Shown: piece by piece, positions 46,601-53,720 of the stretch
Numbering within the stretch: the first letter of the stretch is position 1
Layout: each line of letters begins with the position of its first letter
Assembly: GCA_011620275.1 (NCBI GenBank)
Contig: WOZK01000010.1
Coordinates: 5,257-69,256, forward strand
Source of the DNA: Candidatus Omnitrophota bacterium
Lineage (GTDB): Bacteria > Omnitrophota > Gorgyraeia > Gygaellales > Profunditerraquicolaceae
DNA: 64,000 bases
Reading direction: 5' to 3'
Program-made: the position numbers and the translations under genes
Notes under the pieces: generated by a model
What the model was told of the DNA's origin: nothing
Seen by the model: the letters and a program-made list of their open reading frames with translations, nothing else
Database searches by the model: none

Positions 46601-47276
46601 CGTCATGGACGGATGGCGGGCCCCCCTGGACGGATGGCGGGCCCCCGATGCATTTTACAGCTCGGTCCAGCCGCCGCAAGAAGGGTTTCCCGGTCCTCTG
46701 CCGCTTGACAGCGGCGGTCCCTGGTCCTCAAGATATAAGTTCCAATATGGAGGGACTTATTCTGGGGCCGGAATGTTCACGAGACCCGGCGGCGGAGAAA
46801 GAGCTGTCCTTTCAGATAAGCCGGGGCAGGAGGCGTATTTGTTCGTTCCCGCGCCGCTTCTTAAGCCGGCGAACAGACTTAAGGAGAATGAAGAATGCGT
46901 TTATAACCTTTGGGCAAAACCTAAGAATGGAGGAGAAGGATTCATGCTTTTGGGAGGGCTTGGCGGACTTTCAGCTCTCTCGGAAGGGCTGATAGAAAAA
47001 GCCCTGCAGGCGCTCGCGAATGCCGGTAAGGATGCTTCCGGATTCAATTTCTTTCTTGTCAGCAGTTGTGATCTCTCCAACCGAATAGACGTGACCCCTC
47101 AGTTATACGCGTCCGCCGGAGACGGTTGTTTTTCGCGAGGCGATTACAAAGGCGCTTTAAAATATTACGATCTCTGCCTCGATCTCTACGGCAAAGCCGG
47201 CCTGTCCCCGTCTCTTTATGAAAGGATCGCGGCGGGAAAACAAAAGGCCGGTGAGATGCTGAAAACGGGGGCCTGA
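40617..47276 (+). CDS. Giant (2219-aa) exported/membrane protein of unknown function with two tandem ~700-aa paralogous modules, each with a TM hairpin, and a TPR-like C-terminus
   Basis: Uninterrupted 6.66-kb ORF. Signal/anchor at residues ~20-50. Module A (nt ~42040-44130) and module B (~44130-46200) share about 45-50% identity (EYFAEYEYALNFVVNIPKIEPYRFKR vs EYFSRYEYALNFVANISKIEPYKFKR, LNGYKSTQEMG vs LNGYKLTQQMA, NENPYTYLD in both). TM pairs at ~42655-42830 and ~44760-45010. DGWRAPL tandem repeat at 46606-46647. No confident catalytic family. Confidence 0.75.
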   Translation: MEQCADIPGSGNIRLMSNSFREYGFFRRAVTFFTFLSCIFAFCLPFSFSAPSIPLNPAVSERPVFVFRSLTVENGNKFLRLPVFSASSGPTSRESCLEEEAGRLTQYFLTGLNAPSGDLWVNLSPRDPGRIVGPALKGTEAGKVMLDADIQLKKDFAALISPYTNRGSNFWVRVRMKSGELFGAGGMQIPLEIRLWIEPSEVVIKESNESAFIERAVLKVSFEPVFGPGADSRLILFGNYACGLLSPSVSEELTAAVNSAPRYCRLRQVFNSLVLAQWLKQRSASREAYNELAARGVLCGLVSGARWSAQDYFRQYKKLAQKHSVDFSSISFLSTGEISVISGFSGGVSFALPAFPPPGTVALPFHAGAVTVKPASGNETDKLCRSVVEASIKTGASGGVPELGITVHPLPDRTPADTDKLFVYVHPAASDGGESGAGTDSQSVDNNVERSGISRQEYFDRLLRSWAGILDSNERKEFHASIRNDILNISSQCVTIMPFIPERATGKAESLASDIRLIVDLLRETVRRIDYNVVPADEEERKSVAAEREELLAAIEYFAEYEYALNFVVNIPKIEPYRFKRGGRFWRACETAVRRVFLFEYGLRRSRQLLLEQTDKVISLGNRLNRAYTGKEKYVREEWKKWIAEQDILNGGVKRAAGVKNKSSVPLGINRTWKTTGTTTRFVSLISVCLFLFVSMLDFGHILAGISLFLLKLGLVGMSFFISWYSIAWVGFNDVWYKQRISELESLRNNEAVCDFRRERIKSEITQTLNSFKREKRAPSVDYILVFCKPGMKKNVRLNPELLRDDVLLEITEADSGSGGVYAQACSDLLSGRYDSSFERTARLKGKSVSDMRGIVIVLERFFSVSETDGYLDKAASGAVLPAGWGPLNNLEMALLNGYKSTQEMGALGRSGMVFVFADNFLISPATIKGDITLIGSWDSYRHIKDWGLGLLVADIGSGDKLVKLYEKADTPRLHKKLRRSFLYTALDWENEDKTQMLGFTGMTIFSFKDPGQYRRFLGLMAEINTLIKPQKSPVFTDREASLSPVPGRYSFVPEIMVPLVMTGNGENPYTYLDTRFSNGEFSGGDHGREYKVRKELINRIFAQRNTLRPEVKVCAGTNSLFFRPWNDSGQETAGIPDKKDGDSADEDKFQDILLYFADLLSGKRGQHLDKKARNEILNIVHRCVIRNPFTTECAADNPERTAADIYILAELLKKSISILGEQAGSAGTREAEELLSDRDHLLAVFEYFSRYEYALNFVANISKIEPYKFKRADPLSSRLSWLVRRLFSFETGLRKSRERLYKQLDEVMEYGNLVNGLYYGREEDIRREWKEWVNRYSLLKREDRAAGRLSGQVPPLSDKCMTRFMHRQKVQLGVNRIWDSDRGMMSRLLSLISLTLFAVLTIAPFIGAGSLSLFWGAMQSPGSFIAASYANGDITAFVLTSIRFCLGVIPLIFSWYNLSFVSVSDPWYESNMKLIADFRHAGAGKYASESGLSKEFNALVRAYEAEISAPLPSADFLIVVGSGSPDSKKYFTGNGMPIRDKGVFLKYLTGSRGSGNAWLSAVRYLESDFMKESGRSPQGLKGIIILADDIETPVRLPFSLPQRTLKRSGRPLSNIDLAILNGYKLTQQMASEGRGGLVVTYADSLLISPMQIDGDITVSGVWTDYEQLREQNPGLLIADVGKGNRLRKMYEKADLHRVRGKIEKAAGPGAINWAEMKRRQLLVFAGTVVISFKDDVRYAGFLKMMAEAAVFSTPRGNKEDKLSFVSDIFIPLLMLMNNENPYTYLDAVSLGQNREFVMNEEGCVLRRRIIRLFEKQRDILPGMARVCVHPQGTYLRLDHSPFAGKRLAYLNARMRQETSGVSVSHSSLENRAPDTAREKGVRTEWKNDCRDKPAFRPAGNAAGRAFAVSSAFPLSVDFLWNTDRLQTVLRDRLDKELLREWRYRRAWDVLSVKSKVCRRDVLSAGEVLGEEFEVFPQAENRRREDVFGRAIGYAVMDGWRAPLDGWRAPDAFYSSVQPPQEGFPGPLPLDSGGPWSSRYKFQYGGTYSGAGMFTRPGGGERAVLSDKPGQEAYLFVPAPLLKPANRLKENEECVYNLWAKPKNGGEGFMLLGGLGGLSALSEGLIEKALQALANAGKDASGFNFFLVSSCDLSNRIDVTPQLYASAGDGCFSRGDYKGALKYYDLCLDLYGKAGLSPSLYERIAAGKQKAGEMLKTGA

Positions 47277-47311
47277 AGCGGAGAAAAGGCCGCAAAACCG
47301 GGGAAAAAGAG

Positions 47312-47365
47312 TTCACACGGATTTCACAAATGCTTAATTCAGTTGTAACGGAGTGGTTTTATACT
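47312..47365 (+). promoter_or_regulatory. Phased TTCACA, TTCACA, TTAATT, GTAACG repeats (11-bp period) plus a TATACT -10: putative Pho-box promoter of the porin-pstS1 operon
   Basis: Hexamers at 47312, 47323, 47334, 47345. TATACT at 47360-47365. 110 bp upstream of the porin start. Confidence 0.55.
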
Positions 47366-47476
47366 CTGGATGAGAAGCGGAAAACCACTGCCGCGGATAA
47401 GTGCGGCGTATATCCATAGATCGAAGGTAAAAGAGGGATAAACCCAGCATAACCTGTAGCAAACGAGGAGGAGTAA

Positions 47477-48778
47477 ATGAAAAAATGGTATTTATTGTTT
47501 ACGGCGGCAGCGGTATTCGCAACAGCGCCGGTATCCAACGTCCGCGCCGGGGAGATCGACATCCTGCTGGATAAACTGGTTGATAAAGGAGTGCTTACCG
47601 CAGGGGAGGCGCGGCAGATAGCAGCCGAGACCAAGGAGGACGTTCGTAAAGAGGTCGCGGCCGGCAAGTCGGACATCCTGCCGAAATGGGTGCAGAACAC
47701 GAAATTGAAGGGTGATTTCCGCCTGCGTTATCAAATGGACCATGCCAAGAGTTCTCATAATCAAACAAAGAACAGACAGCGCGGACGCATCAGGGCGCGC
47801 CTGGGGCTTGAATCGAAAGTGAATGAGAAACTGCTCGTGGCGGTTGGAATAGCCACCGGCTTGAACGAATACACGACGTCCAACAAAGACACCATCCGTT
47901 CCACAAACCAGACGCTCGGCGCTTCCTGGTCTAAGAAGCCGTTTAACCTGGATTACGCCTACGCTAAATACACCCCGATGCCCGGGTTCGCGGTGATCGG
48001 CGGTAAAATGCTGCTTAAGGATGCGATTTGGGAGCCGGGCGACCTGATGTGGGATACCGATATTACCCCGGAAGGCGTGGCTTTTGATTTCGCCAGAAAT
48101 GTAAACAGCGATATGAGCGTTTTCCTGAAGAGCGGTTTCTTCCTGTTTGAAGAGATCAGCTCCAGCAACGACGACCCGTATTCCATACATATCCAGCCAG
48201 GTATGGACGTGAAGATCGCCGACGGTATCTCTCTGCGCGCTTCGGTGGCGGCAGACTATTTCCGGGTGCGCGATTTTACTTTAAAAGGCAGTTCGGTGAG
48301 CAACACCGGGTCGTATAAGAGCGGGGATAACAGCTACGCGGTCCCCATGGCAAACTACACCAATATAATGCCTGCCCTTGAATTGAAATTTAGCGATCCA
48401 TTCAAGGCGTTCCATATCAACGTGCCGCAGTTGAGACTCTTCGGAGAATACATCAGGAACTTCGCAGACATCGATCCTTACACCGGTAAGAGCGGTTATA
48501 TGCTCGGGTTCGGCCTCGGCGCCGACAAGGTCGCCAAATTCGGAGACTGGGTGTTGAAATATAACTACGCCAGGCTGGAAAAGAACGCCGTGCTTGATAT
48601 CCTGCCGGATTCCGACCGTTACGAGGGGAAGACCAATATCCGCGCGCACGAGATCGCGCTCGATTTCGGACTGGGTGAGAATACCTGGCTTGGCCTCGAC
48701 GTTTACAGAGCACAGTTGTTGACTGCTCCAAGAGCTCCTTCTACGGTAGTGCAGGTTGACTGGAATATGAAGTTCTAA
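47477..48778 (+). CDS. Outer-membrane beta-barrel porin, probably phosphate-selective (OprO/OprP-like)
   Basis: Signal peptide MKKWYLLFTAAAVFATAPVSNVRA, an N-terminal helical segment, alternating amphipathic beta-strand pattern, and a C-terminal aromatic (..VDWNMKF). Sits immediately upstream of pstS behind putative Pho boxes. Confidence 0.55.
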   Translation: MKKWYLLFTAAAVFATAPVSNVRAGEIDILLDKLVDKGVLTAGEARQIAAETKEDVRKEVAAGKSDILPKWVQNTKLKGDFRLRYQMDHAKSSHNQTKNRQRGRIRARLGLESKVNEKLLVAVGIATGLNEYTTSNKDTIRSTNQTLGASWSKKPFNLDYAYAKYTPMPGFAVIGGKMLLKDAIWEPGDLMWDTDITPEGVAFDFARNVNSDMSVFLKSGFFLFEEISSSNDDPYSIHIQPGMDVKIADGISLRASVAADYFRVRDFTLKGSSVSNTGSYKSGDNSYAVPMANYTNIMPALELKFSDPFKAFHINVPQLRLFGEYIRNFADIDPYTGKSGYMLGFGLGADKVAKFGDWVLKYNYARLEKNAVLDILPDSDRYEGKTNIRAHEIALDFGLGENTWLGLDVYRAQLLTAPRAPSTVVQVDWNMKF

Positions 48779-48841
48779 GCCAGGGTTGAAGCGGGATGCC
48801 CGGTGAAACGGACAACGAAAATAATTAAGGAGGAAAAACAA

Positions 48842-49657
48842 ATGAGAGCTAAAACGTTAATCTTATGCGCCGCCGCGGCGATCTTTCTGGCGGCAGCGGC
48901 ACCCTGTTACGCCGGCAAGGTCGTGGTGGAAGGTTCCACCACGGTATTGCCGATAGCCCAGCGCGCCGCGGAAGTCTTTATGGACGATAACCCGCAGGTA
49001 GACATTTCGGTGCGGGGCGGAGGGTCAGGGGTCGGCATAGCTTCTTTGCTGGCCGGCACCTGCGATATCGCCGATTCGTCCCGTCCCATAAAGGAAAAGG
49101 AACTTGAAGACGCTGTGAGCCGCGGCAAAGACCCCAAGGCTAACGTAATCGCGATGGACGGAATAGCCGTGATAGTAAACCCTTCCAATCCCGTCAAGTC
49201 CATGACTAAGAAACAGTTAAAGGATATTTATACGGGAAAGATATCTTCGTGGTCTGCCTTGGGAGGCAGCGGTTCGATAGTGGCGGTTTCCCGGGACAGC
49301 TCTAGCGGGACCTTTGAAGCGTTCGGCGAGCTCGCTCTGGACAAGGAGAAGGTTAGGCCGGACGCGCTTATGGAAGCATCCAACCAAGCTGTCGCCTCGG
49401 TGGTGGCCAAGACACCGGGCGCGATAGGTTACGTCGGGATCGGCTACATAAACGATTCCGTGAAGGCGCTTGAGCTTAACGGCGTCTATCCTTCCAAAGA
49501 AACGGTTTTGCGCAACCGTTATGCGCTTTCCCGTCCATTATTTATGTATACGAACGGCAAGCCTGACGGTGATTGCAAATCCTTTCTTGATTTCATCATG
49601 AGCAAACAAGGACAGATTCTGGTGGAAAAAGAGGGTTACATCCCGCTGGGCGGATAG
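48842..49657 (+). CDS. pstS: Phosphate ABC transporter substrate-binding protein PstS
   Basis: AAGGAGG RBS before ATG 48842. Signal peptide, then GSTTVLPIAQRAAEVF...GGGSGVGIASLLAGTCDIADSSRPIK..., the PstS family signature. Confidence 0.9.
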   Translation: MRAKTLILCAAAAIFLAAAAPCYAGKVVVEGSTTVLPIAQRAAEVFMDDNPQVDISVRGGGSGVGIASLLAGTCDIADSSRPIKEKELEDAVSRGKDPKANVIAMDGIAVIVNPSNPVKSMTKKQLKDIYTGKISSWSALGGSGSIVAVSRDSSSGTFEAFGELALDKEKVRPDALMEASNQAVASVVAKTPGAIGYVGIGYINDSVKALELNGVYPSKETVLRNRYALSRPLFMYTNGKPDGDCKSFLDFIMSKQGQILVEKEGYIPLGG

Positions 49658-49826
49658 CCGGGCCACGGAAGGCGTATAAGTGTAAACCATGTACCCGGTC
49701 TATAGTGTAAAGTATGTTACCAGTTTGTACCATTATCGCCTCTTCCGTCATCCTCCCCATCAAGGTGAGGAAAGAAGCGAATACTTGGCCTTCCGATAGG
49801 CCAAGGTAAATCCCCGGCACTCTACA

Positions 49827-49953
49827 GGGTACCCCTTAGATAAACTAAGGGCAAGTCTGAGCCGCATTTTCACACGAGTGAACACCTGCCTCTCCTTGAA
49901 GGCAGAGTGCTATTCCGAGAGGTAACCCGGCTTGATTAAGTATCGTGTCCCCG
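49827..49953 (-). repeat. 127-bp dispersed repeat, right (inverted) copy
   Basis: Reverse complement of 39782..39908 with about five mismatches. Ends 17 bp before the pstC start. Confidence 0.85.
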
Positions 49954-49969
49954 GAAGAAAAAATCTACT

Positions 49970-50860
49970 ATGAAAAGATTATTCTCCAAAGAAAGCGTTT
50001 ACGCCTCTGTCTTCGGCATACTGGCCTTTGCCTGTTTGATCTTTCTGGCGGGAATAACCCTGGTACTTTTTAAAGAAGGACTGCCGTTGTTCGCCAAGGT
50101 AAGCCTGTGGGATTTCCTTTCCGGTACCGCGTGGTATCCCACGCACGAAGACCCCGAGTTCGGGATACTGTCGCTGTTGGCCGGCTCGTTATGGGTTACC
50201 GCGGGAGCGATGCTGGTTTGTCTTCCTTTGGGCATAGGCAGCGCCCTTTATATAAACGAGATCGCCGGCAATACCCAGAAGGCGGTGTTGAAACCGCTGG
50301 TGGAATTGCTGGCGGGTATCCCTTCCATAGTGTTCGGTTTTTTCGGGATGGTGGTGGTCGCGCCGTTCCTGCAGAGGCTGCTGCATATTCCTACAGGGCT
50401 TTGCGCCTTTACCGCCAGCCTCATCCTGGGTATCATGGCGGTCCCCACTGTCTGCAGTCTTTCCGAGGATGCCTTGAGCTATGTTCCTGCCAGTTACCGG
50501 GAGGCGTCCCTTGCGCTCGGCGCCACCCGCTGGGAGACTTTAATCAAGGTCGTTCTACCGGCTGCCGGTTCAGGTATATCCACGGCCGCCATACTCGGTG
50601 TCAGCAGGGTGATGGGCGAAACGATGACGGTCCTGATGGTCTCCGGAGGGGCGGCTATAATCCCGCATTCTTTTTTTCAGCCGGTAAGGCCGTTGACGTC
50701 CACTATCGCCGCGGAGATGGGGGAGGCCGCCGTGGGCAGCACGCATTACCAAGCGCTCTTCGCCATAGCCATGGTGCTTTTCACGCTTACTTTCATTTTT
50801 AATATCGCCGCCGAGATCTTAAGCCGCAGATACCGGTTAAAGCTGGGAATACAAAGATGA
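49970..50860 (+). CDS. pstC: Phosphate ABC transporter permease PstC
   Basis: Six TM helices and the EAA-like loop ...LGATRWETLIKVVLPAAGSGI... Confidence 0.9.
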   Translation: MKRLFSKESVYASVFGILAFACLIFLAGITLVLFKEGLPLFAKVSLWDFLSGTAWYPTHEDPEFGILSLLAGSLWVTAGAMLVCLPLGIGSALYINEIAGNTQKAVLKPLVELLAGIPSIVFGFFGMVVVAPFLQRLLHIPTGLCAFTASLILGIMAVPTVCSLSEDALSYVPASYREASLALGATRWETLIKVVLPAAGSGISTAAILGVSRVMGETMTVLMVSGGAAIIPHSFFQPVRPLTSTIAAEMGEAAVGSTHYQALFAIAMVLFTLTFIFNIAAEILSRRYRLKLGIQR

Positions 50861-51804
50861 GAAGAAAGATTTGCGTTACAGGAGTCTTCCGGAAGCTTTT
50901 TGAGCGGACGTTCGCGCGGAGCGCCGGGAACGTTTCGGTATCGGCCGGATCCTATAGGAACAAGCAGGCCGCGCAGAAAGCCGGGTTTTTCCTGTTGTTC
51001 TGCTGTATCCTCGCGACGCTGCTGTTCCTCGGCAGTATCGTTTATTTCATTTTTGCGGGGGGAAGTAAAGTCGTCACTTGGGGTTTCCTCACCCAGTGGC
51101 CGCGCAACGCTATGACCGAAGGCGGGATATTCCCGGCTCTGTTGGGGACTTTTTATCTTACCCTTGGGGCGGTAACGGTCGCTTTACCGCTGGGGCTGGC
51201 GTGTGCCGTGTATCTATGCGAATATACGCCCGGCAGCCTGGCGCTTAACGCCATTCGCATCGGCATAAACAATCTTGCCGGAGTGCCGTCGGTCGTCTTC
51301 GGGCTTTTCGGCCTGGCGGTGTTTGTGAAATTCTTTGGTTTCGGGGTTTCGGTGCTTTCCGGGAGCCTGACTTTGGGAATACTTATTCTGCCGGGAATAA
51401 TATCGGCTTCACAGGAGGCGCTTATGGCCGTGCCTAATTCCCTCAGGGAGGCTTCTTTCGCTTTGGGAGCTACCCGCTGGCAGACAATCAAGAAAATAGT
51501 CGTCCCACAGGCGTTGCCGGGTATATTGACCGGCGTGATCTTGAGCATCGGCAGGGCGGCGGGCGAGACCGCTCCCATACTTTTTACCGCCGCGGCTTTT
51601 TATACGCGGAGGTATCCGCAGTCTCCGTTTTCTGAAGTCATGGCGCTGCCTTATCATATTTACGCCCTGATGACTGAAGGGACGCATCCGCGCCAGCAAA
51701 CGGTTATAGCCTACGGCAGCGCGCTGGTTTTGCTTATACTGGTGCTGCTGATTTCCGGGACCGCGGTTTTCATACGCCAGAGACATAGGAGTTACAATGG
51801 ATAA
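50857..51804 (+). CDS. pstA: Phosphate ABC transporter permease PstA
   Basis: ...[48 protein letters not shown]... Confidence 0.9.
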   Translation: MRRKICVTGVFRKLFERTFARSAGNVSVSAGSYRNKQAAQKAGFFLLFCCILATLLFLGSIVYFIFAGGSKVVTWGFLTQWPRNAMTEGGIFPALLGTFYLTLGAVTVALPLGLACAVYLCEYTPGSLALNAIRIGINNLAGVPSVVFGLFGLAVFVKFFGFGVSVLSGSLTLGILILPGIISASQEALMAVPNSLREASFALGATRWQTIKKIVVPQALPGILTGVILSIGRAAGETAPILFTAAAFYTRRYPQSPFSEVMALPYHIYALMTEGTHPRQQTVIAYGSALVLLILVLLISGTAVFIRQRHRSYNG

Positions 51805-52558
51805 AGAAATAAGGATGCGCGCGGAAGGAGTAAACTTTTTTTACGGCAGCCGTCCGGCGTTGAAGGACGTCAACCTGGAGATATACCGTAACCAGGTCAC
51901 CGCGATAATAGGCCCGTCGGGATGTGGTAAGTCCACTTTTATCCGTCTGCTTAACCGGATGAACGATATGGTCCCCAAGAGCCGGCTTGAGGGCAGAATA
52001 TTTCTGGACGGAGATGATATTCACGACCCCGAGACGGACGTGGTGGATATCAGACGCAGGGTGGGGATGGTTTTCCAGAAGCCGAACCCCTTTCCGAAAA
52101 GCATTTTTGAGAATATCAAATACGGCCTGGAGATAAACGGGATGCGCGACAAGTCGGTTATAGAAGACAAGGTGGTGGATTCTCTGAAGAAAGCCGCTTT
52201 GTGGGAGGAGGTCAAGGGCAGACTCTACGACAGCGCGCTCAGGCTTTCCGGCGGTCAGCAGCAGCGGCTTTGCATAGCCAGGTGCCTGGCGGTTGAGCCG
52301 GAAGTCATACTTTTCGACGAGCCTTGCGCCAGCCTGGACCCGATTTCCACTGCCCGGATCGAAGAACTGTTGATGGAGCTCAAACAGGAATATACGATAG
52401 TGATCGTAACTCACAATATGCAACAGGCGGCAAGGGTCTCCGGTAACACCGCTTTCTTCCTACTGGGGGAGATTGTGGAGTTCGGCAAGACCCAGGATAT
52501 TTTCACAAAACCGCGGGACTCCAGGACAGAAGCGTATATCACGGGAAGATTCGGATAA
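51797..52558 (+). CDS. pstB: Phosphate ABC transporter ATP-binding protein PstB
   Basis: [32 protein letters not shown], and the PstB-specific C-terminus ...EAYITGRFG. Confidence 0.93.
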   Translation: MDKEIRMRAEGVNFFYGSRPALKDVNLEIYRNQVTAIIGPSGCGKSTFIRLLNRMNDMVPKSRLEGRIFLDGDDIHDPETDVVDIRRRVGMVFQKPNPFPKSIFENIKYGLEINGMRDKSVIEDKVVDSLKKAALWEEVKGRLYDSALRLSGGQQQRLCIARCLAVEPEVILFDEPCASLDPISTARIEELLMELKQEYTIVIVTHNMQQAARVSGNTAFFLLGEIVEFGKTQDIFTKPRDSRTEAYITGRFG

Positions 52559-52639
52559 TCGGTTATCTTTTGCCCGGTCGCGATACTTTATTTCAGTTTC
52601 ACCGATGCTTTAATCGGATACGGCTATTACGACCCCTGC

Positions 52640-52790
52640 TTCATCTTTCTTGACTGTCATCCCTCCTTCATCCTCCCCATCGAGGGGAGGAAAGATTGGA
52701 GGTATCCATTGGGGAGGAAAGATAGCTTGAATTCTGTTGGTTACCGTAACCGAATTAAGTATCGTGTCCCCGGAAGAAAGGATGCGTGGA
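52640..52790. repeat. Mosaic repeat (Y module, with the inverted repeat CTCCCCATCGAGGGGAG, plus the X module) immediately upstream of phoU
   Basis: Near-identical copies at 63520..63636 and, in reverse complement, 8185..8275. Confidence 0.8.
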
Positions 52791-52791
52791 T

Positions 52792-53466
52792 ATGTTAAGA
52801 CATTTTGATTTGGAACTGGATGAGCTCAAGAGACAACTGTTGGGAATGGGAAGGCTGGTGGAGATGGCGATTTCCGCTTCGCTGGAGGCGCTGGAAACAC
52901 TGAATGCCGTCGCCGCCAGCAATGTCGTCGCCGCTGACCGCGCCATAGACGAACTGGAGAACGCACTTGATGAACGTTGTTTCGATCTGCTGGCGCTCAA
53001 ACAGCCCATGGCGGTTGACTTGCGTTTCATCGCCATGTCGATGAAAATATCCACCGATCTGGAAAGGATGGCTGATCTTGCCGTGGACATCGCCCAGAGA
53101 GTAATCGAGCTTGCCGGTAAACCGCTTCTGAAACCGCTGGTGGACATTCCCAAGCTTGCCGCGCTGTCCAAGCGCATGACCTCCGAGGCCCTTCTGGCGT
53201 TCGTGGAGAAAGACGCCGATGCCGCCGCGGGTATAATCATTATGGACAGGGAGGCGGACAGGTTGCGTAATCTAATCCAGAAGGAATTAATGGAAGATTT
53301 TATGGCCAAAGACACTTCGGTCGCCCCGCGCGCCATACCTTTGCTTTTGATCGCCCGCCACCTGGAGCGCATCTGCGACCACGCTACTAACATAGCCGAA
53401 GACGTGATTTATATGGTGCGTGCAGACATCGTCAAGCACCATCCGGAACGTCTGAATCCGGAATAA
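52792..53466 (+). CDS. phoU: Phosphate signalling complex protein PhoU
   Basis: MLRHFDLELDELKRQLLGMG... and two PhoU repeats (...ERMADLAVDIA... / ...ERICDHATNIAEDVIYMV...). Confidence 0.9.
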   Translation: MLRHFDLELDELKRQLLGMGRLVEMAISASLEALETLNAVAASNVVAADRAIDELENALDERCFDLLALKQPMAVDLRFIAMSMKISTDLERMADLAVDIAQRVIELAGKPLLKPLVDIPKLAALSKRMTSEALLAFVEKDADAAAGIIIMDREADRLRNLIQKELMEDFMAKDTSVAPRAIPLLLIARHLERICDHATNIAEDVIYMVRADIVKHHPERLNPE

Positions 53467-53657
53467 GCCACATCCTTGCCGCCGGCCGTTTTGCGGTGAA
53501 CCGGGGTGAGCTTTCCTCCCGGCGTGCCGCATGCCCTTCAATATTCCGCATACATTCGGTTCCGTCAGTGCAACAAAGAAGCCCGGGGTAATCCTTAGAC
53601 AAATTAATGACAAGTCCGGCTTGAAAGCCTGGAATTTCTGCGGTTTGATTAAAAGAG

Positions 53658-53702
53658 TTGACAGAATTCTGAAAAGCGGCATAATTAGTAATGGAAACCA
53701 TT
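53658..53702 (+). promoter_or_regulatory. Sigma70-like promoter (TTGACA, 16 nt, CATAAT) with a 5-3-5 palindrome AATGGAAACCATT in the leader: candidate Fur-family autoregulatory operator
   Basis: TTGACA at 53658-63, CATAAT at 53680-85, AATGG-AAA-CCATT at 53690-53702, which lies between the -10 box and the AAGGAGGAGG RBS. Confidence 0.45.
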
Positions 53703-53720
53703 TTCAATAAGGAGGAGGTT

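Noticed and set aside
47352-47389. Hairpin AGTGGTTTT...AAAACCACT upstream of the porin gene, considered as an attenuator or sRNA
   Set aside because: It overlaps the predicted -10 and transcription start region of the Pho-box promoter and has no T-tract. More likely it is incidental to promoter sequence.
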